DNA of 60,850 bases, counting the filler, from Bipalium vagum (taxonomy: Eukaryota): NCBI GenBank assembly GCA_037834085.1. It is 3 parts of 3 records of this genome, joined end to end, with 100 filler letters (N's around TTAATTAATTAA, not from the genome) between each part and the next. Parts side by side here need not be neighbours in the genome. Positions count along the whole stretch, not along the records: positions 25,427 to 42,488 come from JBBMKC010080380.1; positions 42,589 to 60,850 come from JBBMKC010034499.1; 1 more part is not named here. The stretch is one strand, 5' to 3'. Made by a program: the position numbers and the translations under genes. This document shows, one piece after another, positions 41,878 through 51,739 of this stretch. A model generated the notes under the pieces. The model worked only from the letters and a program-made list of their open reading frames with translations, did not search any database and was not told where the DNA came from. Each line of letters begins with the position of its first letter. Position 1 is the first letter of the stretch.

Positions 41878-42488
41878 GTAAATATTTTATGTCGAGTAAA
41901 TGTCTACCTTTTTTCAGTTTATAAAAGTGTTAATTAATGTCAGTCTTAATAATTATGAAAAAGGGAAACGAATTTCTTCTCCTCATTTCTGTCAGTGAAC
42001 GGCAACTTGAGCAGCTGGCTTGGAAACCGAAAACTCAATGAGGATTTATTAAAGCCTGTTACACGGAATATTATTTCTGATTTGTAAAACTCAGTAAATG
42101 ATTTAATAAATGTTTTTAATTGCAAAATTTCTGGTAATTTTTTTTTCGAAACAATTTGCGTATATTCAACACTGTTGCAAAAAAATAAATACATTTATCA
42201 CATTATATTATTTGAAGGAAATCCAGAAATACAATGGTTTATTATTTATTATTCTTATCGTGTGGTAATGATGGGAAATGATGAGATGAATAATAAAAAT
42301 GAAAGAAAGAAAATATGGAAAATGTTATTTTTTAAAAATCAATAATATTTTACAAATGAATTTATTTTATTATGTGAATATTAAGGATATCATTTTCATA
42401 ATATCGCAATCGTAATCCTCTAAGTATATTATTTATGAATTCTAATAATATTAATAATAATAATAATATTATTATTATTATTAATTAT

Positions 42489-42588
42489 NNNNNNNNNNNN
42501 NNNNNNNNNNNNNNNNNNNNNNNNNNNNNNNNTTAATTAATTAANNNNNNNNNNNNNNNNNNNNNNNNNNNNNNNNNNNNNNNNNNNN
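42489..42588. other. Assembly gap: 44 N + TTAATTAATTAA + 44 N
   Basis: Same artificial spacer as at 25327. Confidence 0.97.
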
Positions 42589-42590
42589 AA

Positions 42591-42624
<34 letters not shown>

Positions 42625-43086
42625 AATTGATATATTATTATTGATATTAATAATTTATATTATTATTGATATTATTATGTATATTAATATAATTAATAAT
42701 GATGTAAAAGTATTATTCTTATTAATATCATTAATGGCCGACTGTATTCGAAACCCCCGGGGAAGGCCTTCCTTCTTTATGAAAAGAGCAAAAGGTTCTT
42801 GCAAATGAGAACAGACATCCATGGTCTTTTGAGAATCGAAGAAATCCTTGGTCAAAGTTGGACTGGAAAGGGGTCCAAAGACGGTTGACAAAAGACGACA
42901 AAAGAGGGAGTAAGGTAAAGAGAGAGTTGGATGTGAAAAAATAGTCATTTCGGCCCTCTGTAAGCGAGGAAAAGGTGGGGTTTTGAAAGGTCTAAAGAAG
43001 GACATCATTGGGAAAGGGTTTCGTTCAAAATCTGCCATGACGCTGCCGCCCAGGGAAAGTGCAAGCCCATAATGAAAACAACGTAC

Positions 43087-43421
43087 GATGCAGGCGTTGT
43101 CCCTGGTGCCCTTGTTGAAGAAGAAGGAGCTGAAAACGAAAGGTCATGGTCAAAGCCGGCCAAGGAGCGCAAATCTTACTCGGTCTGGGTCAGCAGGAAA
43201 CTCTGGATTGACAGCGGCACGTAGTTGCCCTTGGCACTTTCGTCCGCGGCCTTGGAAACTTTCATGTAATTCGTCATCTCTGTCCAAAGAGCGACATTGA
43301 ATTTGGGACGAATATTTTCAACCTAAAATGATTAAATTGATCCACTTAAACAACGACGCATTCACCGACTTTGACCAGGCAATTTAATTTGCTCTCTTTT
43401 GCTTTTTCATCAATTTTTAAT
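43087..43421 (-). CDS. Three internal exons of an unidentified gene (43421-43370, 43322-43180, 43129-43087)
   Basis: 47- and 50-nt GT-AG introns with compatible phases and GC-rich codons: LKIDEKAKESKLNCLVKVENIRPKFNVALWTEMTNYMKVSKAADESAKGNYVPLSIQSFLLTQTDSFFFNKGTRDNACI|gtacgt. Confidence 0.7.
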
Positions 43422-43434
43422 CTGTTTTCCTTTT

Positions 43435-43700
43435 TTATTATTGATCATTAATATTTTTTATTGATTATTAATATTTACATTAATTATTAATAGTTGTATT
43501 GATTATTAATATTTTAATTGATTATAAATATCTTTTTATTGATTATTAATATTTATATAAATTATTAATAGTTTATTAATATTTTAATTAATCATTAATA
43601 TCTTTTTATAGATCATATTTATTTTAATTGATTATTAATATTTTAATTAATCATTAATATTCTTTATTGATAAATAACTTTTTTTATTGATTATTAAATT
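43435..43700. repeat. Degenerate ~18-21 bp AT-rich minisatellite
   Basis: About a dozen variants of TTGATTATTAATATTT(T/A) in tandem. Confidence 0.8.
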
Positions 43701-43999
43701 CTGTGGTTGATTAATTAATTAAGAATAATGTATTAATTAAATTAAATGTTACACTTAAACTGGAGCTGTAATGTTCGCATAATAAATGAGTGAGTGAATA
43801 TTGTTTTCGTTTTATACTCTCAAACGACATTTTTTGTCCAGAGGTCCGGGATCAATTGTTTCAAACAAAAGCACAATCTTAAACGGACTGCATCCGATAC
43901 CCCGTGGTCTTTCTCGGACGTTCCCCCACAAATATTTTATTGAAATTGCCAAAGCCAAAACTCTTCCACTTCATGTATTTCTCGATCTCCTTCGATGGT

Positions 44000-44250
44000 T
44001 TCGGTAATCCATCAATAATTTTTGATGTTTTGTGAGTGTGATCGCAACTCTTCATTGAGAGCACTGGTCTGACTGGTTGGTTATCCCTGTGCATTTTGGC
44101 TAATTCATATAATCTTTGGGGTTGTGACCCATGATGTTTCTTTTGCTGAACTGGATCTCATTTGAAAAATCTTGTCTTTGTTGCTGCTTTAAATGACCAA
44201 TTTAATGTCACGGTGATAAAGTGAATCTTTAGCCTTACTTTTGTAACTAT
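44000..44250 (-). mobile_element. Penelope-like retroelement RT fragment
   Basis: HGSQPQRLYELAKMHRDNQPVRPVLSM matches the PLE RT motif GS.P.RLYGLPKIHK...PLRP..S. Confidence 0.7.
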
Positions 44251-45779
44251 ATGATATGTTAATATTTAAATTTAACGAAAACGGTCGTTATTAACTTGGT
44301 CCCTGCGCTCCCATAGACGCTCCGCTAATTAAAGAAAATCACTCTGTAAGTCTGGATTCGATAAAATATTGTATAACATAAGAAAAAGAAATCAATATTT
44401 ATTTTATGTGACACGTAGGTCCGTCGTAATTTTACCTTTCGATTGATTCATTTGGGATATTTCTTCAACGTTTTTTCTTCAGGCAAACATTGATCAGCAT
44501 TCAGCATGATCATCCACTTCTTCATCATCCACAGGCCGATGTGAGCGTTCCCCTTCATCATTCAGCACCCACATTCACTTTGCCCAATGGAACCACTACT
44601 GTGCCGCTGGGACGGAATGTCTATACCATATTAAGTAAACCTTGACAAAAGACTTGCAGTGACATCGAAGTTCAATCGTTGGGATTACCCGAGGTATGGG
44701 GTATACATAATATTATAATTACCTCAGGGATAGTTCCAAGATCTCATCCGAGAACTGCTGGGTTTTTGTCGATGTGTGTTAAGTTTCACTAAAAAGGTAA
44801 TATGAAAACGATTATTAAATTTAAATTGGGTTAAGAAGATCGAAATTGGACTTTTTACGTTGGTTGGGTTAAGAATATCGATAGTGGACTTTTTAGGAAC
44901 TTAACATAAAATATATGCAAATTCAGAAGGATTTAGTGCGCAATGTTCGTAGTTAAAATTTGAGTGACAATAAAAATGTTGATTACTAAATTTGAACCTT
45001 TTAAACTTTTAACAAATATTGATTGTAAAACTTTGTAAGTATTAAAACTTTTAATCGATCAACTGAGGCTAACACGTTGTTTTGTAAAATATATTTGATA
45101 AAAATCTGTCACCTTATTTTTTAATACAATTTTATTTTGGAGTTAAAATTCGAAATAAAGAGTTAATAGAAAAGTCAGTTCACTCTTCGGTATCTTACTC
45201 TCAAGGGTCCTCAGATAAAAATTCGGTTCTCCGTCCTACTAGACGTGAAGAACACAAAAAAAGAAAATACTGGGAAGTAAGAAAAAAGAAAACAATTATT
45301 TGATCCTAAGGCATTGGAGTAGCTGTCCAATCTATTGGTATTTATTTGATTTAATCAATAACTTATAATTCGTAATCGAATCATTGATTTTTAACTTTTA
45401 TTACTATTATTTTTATTATTTGGATATCTGTTCACCTGTGAGCAGTGTGAAACCCCAAATTTATTTTATATTTATTTAATTTATTAATAATAAAAGTCTA
45501 TTTAGATTTGTGGTCAAATCTAAAAACTTATCGCAATAAAATAATTTACTAAATGTTATTCTCCTTGAAGCTGGACCCTGAGACGCTTTAGTTTGGAAAA
45601 ATGTTAGTTTTCATCATAAAAGCACACCAGTTCGCAACGCAATTGTTATTTCACTTCGATTAGTGAGACTTGATACAGGTGATTGGTGCCCACCTTCACA
45701 AACACACAAGCAGGCAGACAAGGCAATTTATCCTATACAAGGCCCAAAAATTGGATTTTAATATGGTGGTTTACGAAAT

Positions 45780-46160
45780 ACGATTATTGGACAGACAAAT
45801 GTACAAGTGAATGATCTTCCTTTATTACCATATCCATGGATACGTGAAGAATCACAGAAAACAATGATGACGGTGACCCAGCATTCGTTTGTAACTTTGT
45901 CAAATTATATCAATATTTTTCAAGAAATGATAACGGACTCGTTGATCGAAAAAGATTCTCAAACTTGTGGAGATGGACGAGTCGTGCTTCGACGAAGGAA
46001 AAAACAATCGTGGCCATCACGTAGAAGGTATTTGGATGATTGGCGGCGTAGAAGAAAAGGCAGAAAGAAGACTGTTCATGAAAGTAGTAGAACAAAAAAT
46101 ACTCGTAAGGCCTGGGAAATGGAGCTGTGACACGTGGACAGCATTTATATCATTGTTGTG
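45780..46160 (+). mobile_element. Merlin (IS1595/ISXO2-like) transposase relic
   Basis: FQEMITDSL..TCGDG / EMDESCFDEGKNNRGHHVEGIWMIGGVEEKAERRLF matches the Merlin VEIDESKFGKRKY.RGH.VEG.WV.GGVER motif. Frameshifted. Confidence 0.85.
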
Positions 46161-46199
46161 ATAAAACCAGACAAAATCATTTAATTGTTGACAGGCTCC

Positions 46200-47200
46200 T
46201 GCATTCCCAGAACCACCATGTGCATACTTTTACAAGTACGCTGGCTTTGAAACCCCGTTTAGCAGTGACGACAATGACTTTGTGATTGTACAGCAGCTGA
46301 TACATTGTTGTAGTTTGCTTTGTGATCATGAGGGGTAAACGTTGTGTGTCCAGACTGTCATTACCTCTCCATGTACCATAGACTGAGCCCCATTATCATT
46401 TTGAGTGGAAACAATTACTCTCCCTTGCAAAACATTCCCAAATGGTTTTAAATCATCAATATTGTTTCCAATTTGTCTAATACCTGCTCGTGACACATTA
46501 TGGGATTGTAAAGCGCTGTCTTTATCGATTTTCTCTCCTGTTGTCATACTATATCTTATTCCAATCTTTCTTTCTCCAAAACTGAAATGGTTTTCATTCG
46601 TGGGATTATCACAAGTTAAAGACGTTACTATTGGTCTAGCCAAGCACACCGCATCAATACTTTGAATTGTGTCAGGAGACCTTTGTACACAATTATTCAT
46701 GTGAAATTATCTGAGTTACAATGCCGCCATAATTGACACAGTCTCCTCCTCTTCCAACCGGAATTGGCACAATCGAGAATTCAAAAGTCGCATCTTCAAT
46801 ATACCTAAGGTTTGTTCTGATTGTAAAACTTGTTCTAATTTTGACAATTATTGATTTACCACTTCACGTTTTCTACAAAAGGAAAAGGAATTGTGTGCTG
46901 AGAACACCGTGGGACGTATGGGTGTTAATTTAACATTATGCGGATCGCTGTAATTTGTTGCGGTTCCTTTGATATAGTTCAAAGAATTACGAATATCAGT
47001 TTCCGCTGTATCGATTGGCGAAATCTTAAATTGATAAACTGCTCCTGAGTGCTTTCTTTTGTAATGGGAATGTATATGAGGTATTTCATTATCATCTGCG
47101 ATTTGAGATGAGAATTATAATCACCATGAAAAAGATTATCAGGTACAATACATTCTTGAAAGGGTAGCACATTTTCTATAGCTTCTCATTCTCTACAATT
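46200..47200 (-). mobile_element. Maverick/Polinton protein-primed DNA polymerase B, N-terminal region, frameshifted relic
   Basis: Ordered motifs across frameshifts: LSKLEQVLQS, FEFSIVPIPVGRG, DAVCLARPIV, ALQSH..RAGI, DDLKPFGNVLQGRVIV. These match the recalled pPolB N-terminal pattern (IE.VLQS; V..P.G.G; D.LCLARAIV; A..LH..AG). Confidence 0.65.
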
Positions 47201-47844
47201 GCCATAAAAGTGAACGAGTTATGCCTCGGGTCTTACGGAATGAAGTGGCGTTCCAATCCAGAGAAAGCGTCAACGGTTTACAACATCTGAGCATTCCGAC
47301 GACCTGCTACGACGAAACGCCGAACTGTTCGTGGAGGAAAAATTGTAAAAGCAATTAACATTCGGTAATCATTGGTTACGTAATGACAATGATCCTCGTC
47401 ACCCGGTGGTTGGGAGCGGAGTTGTGCACCGGGTCGGTGTGTTGTGCGTTTTGTATGATCCGTTGCGTTATGGGAAGTAATTATCCGAACAGAAAACGGA
47501 AGGGGAAACGCGGTCGTGTAGTTAAGTGGAGCATGGAATAAATGACGCAATCAATCGATTTAACTGGGAGCGATACGGAGGAGGATCCGTCGTGATTTGA
47601 CGCAGTGATTCTTTGATTTTAGAAAAATCGAATCTAGTGGGAAAGATTGGAACGGAACTGAAAGATAATGTAAGAAGATGAGGGTCCAGGCAGCCGTGAC
47701 GAACGACCGGATCGAAAGAACGGTCGCTGGTGTGCTTTTCCAGCTCGACATTTCTCATTAGGTCATAGGGTGAATAATTGCGGAAGTGCAATCGTTACGC
47801 AACGCAAAGCGACCCAACGCTTCGATTGCCCCCTACTTGTCCGG

Positions 47845-47851
47845 TATATAA
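47845..47851 (+). promoter_or_regulatory. TATA box upstream of PLOD
   Basis: TATATAA in a GC-rich context, ~65 nt upstream of the PLOD ATG. Confidence 0.6.
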
Positions 47852-47914
47852 GCGGTGGCTCATCGTTGAACGCCCACAAAACGCGAAACAACTCTTTTCC
47901 GCTCTGCAAACGAA

Positions 47915-50693
47915 ATGCGAATCTTCAAAGTGCTGCTTCTGACGGCGTTCGTCAGTTTGCAGTCGCTCACGTACATGGAATGCGCCGGTGAGAAAGTGCT
48001 TTTGTTGATGACCTCTTAACGCAAAGGTTTTTCGCTTGCAGACTTCGTTGTCTTCACTTTCGGAAGTGAGCACAGTGACCTGACGCACCGCCAGGCGCAG
48101 ATGGCTCAGGCCAAAGGGATCACACTCAGGGTGATCGAGCAAGACGGGCAGTCTTCCGCTTCAACATTGGACGCAATGAGATCCAGCCTCGAGTCGATGA
48201 AGGACCAAAATGAGACCATCGTTGTCTTGACAGAAAGGTGCTTTGGTTCGTGTCGGCTCACTCATGGTCGTGACGGTTTTATCATTCAGGGGAAGTCTGT
48301 TCCTAAATTCAAGCGCTCAAATTCGATCCGTCTTCGAATCGATGGAGACAAGACTGTTGATATCGTCCACAGTGCTTCCTAGCTCCAATCCCTCGGACTC
48401 GATTGCCAGCCACTTTTCAGTAAGCTTTGTTCATCAAAGACGGAGACCTTCATTTTAATTTAATCAGCAATCATCTAATGTCTTGGGACAATCGGAGGAC
48501 AGGCATGTCTACGGCACTGGGGTCATGGGTTACGCAGACACTCTCTTGGCCGCCTTGAACGAGGAAAGCTTGACGCAAGAAACCTTGGACCACCCCCAGA
48601 CATTTTTCTCCGAACTGTTCTCCAACCAAGACTTGAGAGTAAGTCCTCGCACAAAACATGTGGCCCTCATTATTCTCGACAACCCTCCTTTCAGACCAAA
48701 TATCACGTAGCTGTCGACGAGTACTCGACCATCTTCCAGAACTTGGACGGGTCGGAGCAGCTGAAATTGGAGTTCACTCCCGCCGGCGAAGGACAGCTTC
48801 ACAACACGGCCACCGGATCCTTTCCGGCCATCATTCAAGCCGTAGCCGGTCACGAAATGAGCTTGGTAATGGTTTTCTTCGCGTTTCGACAATCTTTATT
48901 TCCCACTCAAGATCTCCCTGAACTACTTGTCCAACTACCTCGGTAAAGCGTGGCACCCCGTCCTTGGCTGTCAGCAGTGTCCACAGACCCCTCGTTCAAC
49001 CCCTTACCCGGGAGACGCGTCAAACGACCAGCCGACCGTTACACTTGCCATCCACATCCACCATGCCACCCCATTCCTCAGCGAGTTCTTGCAGCACATC
49101 TCTCGCCTGAGTTACAACAAATCCAGCATGGCCCTCCTCATTTCCAACACGGTTCGTTCTCACTTCTCCTTTCAGTCATTATTATTATTCTTCAATCCCG
49201 CAGATCGACAAATACGAGTCCGTCGTCACGAGCTTCGTGGACGAGTCTCGACCCTTGTACAGGAGCGTGCACTACATCAACTCCTCCGTGGCAAAAGATG
49301 CCCACAGCCGAGTCCTGGAATCGATGTAAGGAATCTGTGGTTTGAGATATCTTTTTAACGGTTCCCTCCACCCTTCAGCCAACTCTCCGAAAGCCAGGGC
49401 AGCCAGTACCTGTTCCACGTCGACTCCGTGGCCCACCTGACAAACGAAAACACCATCCAGCTGCTCATGGCCTACAACAGGACGCTGGTGGCTCCACTTC
49501 TGTCACGACGAGGACGTTTGTGGTCGAATTTCTGGGGAGCCATCAATGCTGAGAACGGTCAGTACGCTCGGTCGGATGATTATTTGGATATTGTGGAAGG
49601 AAACCAACGGTACTTTCGCTCTTCTCATTGGAAATGAATTCATAAAATGACCTTTTCCAGAGGGCTTTGGAACGTTCCGCACATCAGCGGCGCCTACCTG
49701 ATTAAAAGCGAAGTATTTTCTGCCATTAGACAGGTCAGAGAGTCGATGGAGGCCGACGAGGACGACGTTGTTCTGAGTGCCAAGTTGAGGAGGGAAGGCC
49801 TCTTCATGTTCGTCGTCAACGAGGACTCCTTCGGCCACCTGGTCAACGCCGACCAGACGACGTTGAACCACCTTCACAACGATCTGTGGGAGATCTTCAC
49901 CAATCCACTCGTAAGACGACATTGTAAACGATTTTGCATTCTTAATTGATTTGTCTCGTTGTCATCTTGAGCAGGACTGGGAGGAAAAGTACATCCATGA
50001 GCAATACAAGACCGTAGCGTCCAAGAACGTCCGACTGGAAGACATCAAACAGCCGTGTCCTGACGTTTTCTGGTTCCCCTTGGTCAGTGAGACCTTTGCC
50101 AAGCATCTCGTGGAGGAAATGGAAGAATTCGGGCAGTGGTCAGACGGCTCCAACGTTGACAACAGATTGGAAGGCGGCTACGAGAGCGTTCCCACGCGCG
50201 ACATCCATATGCGACAGATCGAGTGGGAGGACCACTGGTTGCATCTGTTGAAAACGTACGTGTATCCCATGCAGCTAAAACTGTACCAAGGATATAGCGA
50301 AGAGGTATGGGTTTGAGAGAATAAGGATAGCTGACCTTACCATTGAACTTGTTTCAGCCTCAGGCCAGAATGAACTTCGTTGTCCGCTACAAGCCCACGG
50401 AACAGGACAGACTTCGACCCCACCACGATTCGTCGTCCTACACTCTCAACATTGCCCTCAACCGACCAGGTGTGGACTACACGGTAATTCATCTTGTTAT
50501 CATCACATCATCTGTTACGCTGAACTAAAACCAATAGGGAGGAGGTGCTAGATTCCTCAGATACGATTGTGCTGTGACCGAGACTCGGGTCGGCTGGACA
50601 CTGATGCATCCAGGACGAATCACTCATCTCCACGAAGGTCTGCCAACCACCAGTGGCACCAGATACATCATGGTGACATTTATAAACCCATAA
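47915..50693 (+). CDS. PLOD: Procollagen-lysine,2-oxoglutarate 5-dioxygenase (lysyl hydroxylase), 12 exons, ~731 aa; glycosyltransferase domain degenerate
   Basis: Exons 47915-47987, 48042-48237, 48290-48419, 48468-48638, 48695-48865, 48912-49151, 49204-49325, 49379-49609, 49661-49910, 49975-50304, 50358-50483, 50538-50693. All introns are GT-AG, 46-64 nt, and the phases splice into one 2196-nt ORF. Signal peptide [28 protein letters not shown] motifs [87 protein letters not shown]. Confidence 0.96.
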
Positions 50694-50717
50694 CGGTTTC
50701 CAGGAATGTTATTGTAC

Positions 50718-50723
50718 AATAAA
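50718..50723 (+). terminator. Polyadenylation signal of PLOD
   Basis: AATAAA 24 nt after the TAA stop, followed by T-rich sequence. Confidence 0.6.
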
Positions 50724-51739
50724 TATTGATTTGCTTTGATATTTTAAACTGTCGAAAAAAATTTCAATAAGTGCAACATGCTGAATGATAGGAATTTTTC
50801 ACTGATACTTTATTATTTTGACTTTCGGTTGAAGCAAACATGTCTGTCATGACAATAATTAAATTACTAAAACCCAACGCTTTAAACACGTGGACCAACT
50901 CTGTTAGGCTTATGACTTATTAAAATCAAAATTCAGAATACGACTTATAAACTTTTATTACGAGGGTAAACAATATTAAACAGCACAACGATCTAAGGTG
51001 TCACAATGACCGTCAACAAACGTTCCAGCATACTCTTGGTCAGCAACAACAAAATTACCAATAATAACACTTGTTTAATAATAACACAGGACATCATTTC
51101 TATAGTTTTCAGACAAATCAATTTATCGTATTGTAAGGCAACATGCTATTGATGAAAAATCAGTAGTCGTTCTTAAACTAATATTTGTAATTTTATTTTA
51201 AAATTTAACTAATTTTAAATTACTTTAATCTTTAGAATAAATATTATTAAGCTATTATTAATATATAACTTCACGGAGCACCAGTTAAAAACCACTTTTG
51301 AAGTGATCTGTCACATTAGCGGTCGTTTGAAATTATTTTTTCGATATTGAGCTTCAGATTTTCTAAAATACTTCTCTGTATTGAATCGCTATGCGCAATG
51401 TCTCAGAATTACGAACTGTCACCTGTTAAATTATATTTTTCATCTTGCTTGGCTTTGGATTGCTCAAATTCTAATGACCCAAATGGTTCACGGACACAAC
51501 ATTAGTCAAATTCAATATGAGTTAGTTGGGTTTGTTCGGAGCCATATCCCGAAGATTAATATAAGATCATATAATATGATATGATTACAGCTTTATGCAT
51601 AAAAATATTAAAGCTATTCATAATTATTAACCATTCCTTATTAGAAAATTGTGTTTACACATAGGGGTAATAGTTTAACATAAACTATGTTATTTTATAA
51701 GGATCAGGTACCTTCTAAATATCGAACCTTTTATAACTT

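Noticed and set aside
42655-43038. 127-aa ORF MADFERNPFP..
   Set aside because: Lies after a gtacgt donor in pyrimidine-rich sequence and runs into (AAT)n; most likely intronic.
43435-43700. Regularly spaced repeats superficially like a CRISPR array
   Set aside because: Tandem AT-only units without unique spacers, eukaryotic context, no cas genes.
47230-47840. GC-rich stretch with several short ORFs
   Set aside because: No coherent frame or splice pattern; best read as the PLOD promoter region.
51270-51600. Possible maT/DD37D transposase C-terminus on -; hAT-like fragment at 55260-55460
   Set aside because: Motif resemblance too weak to call.
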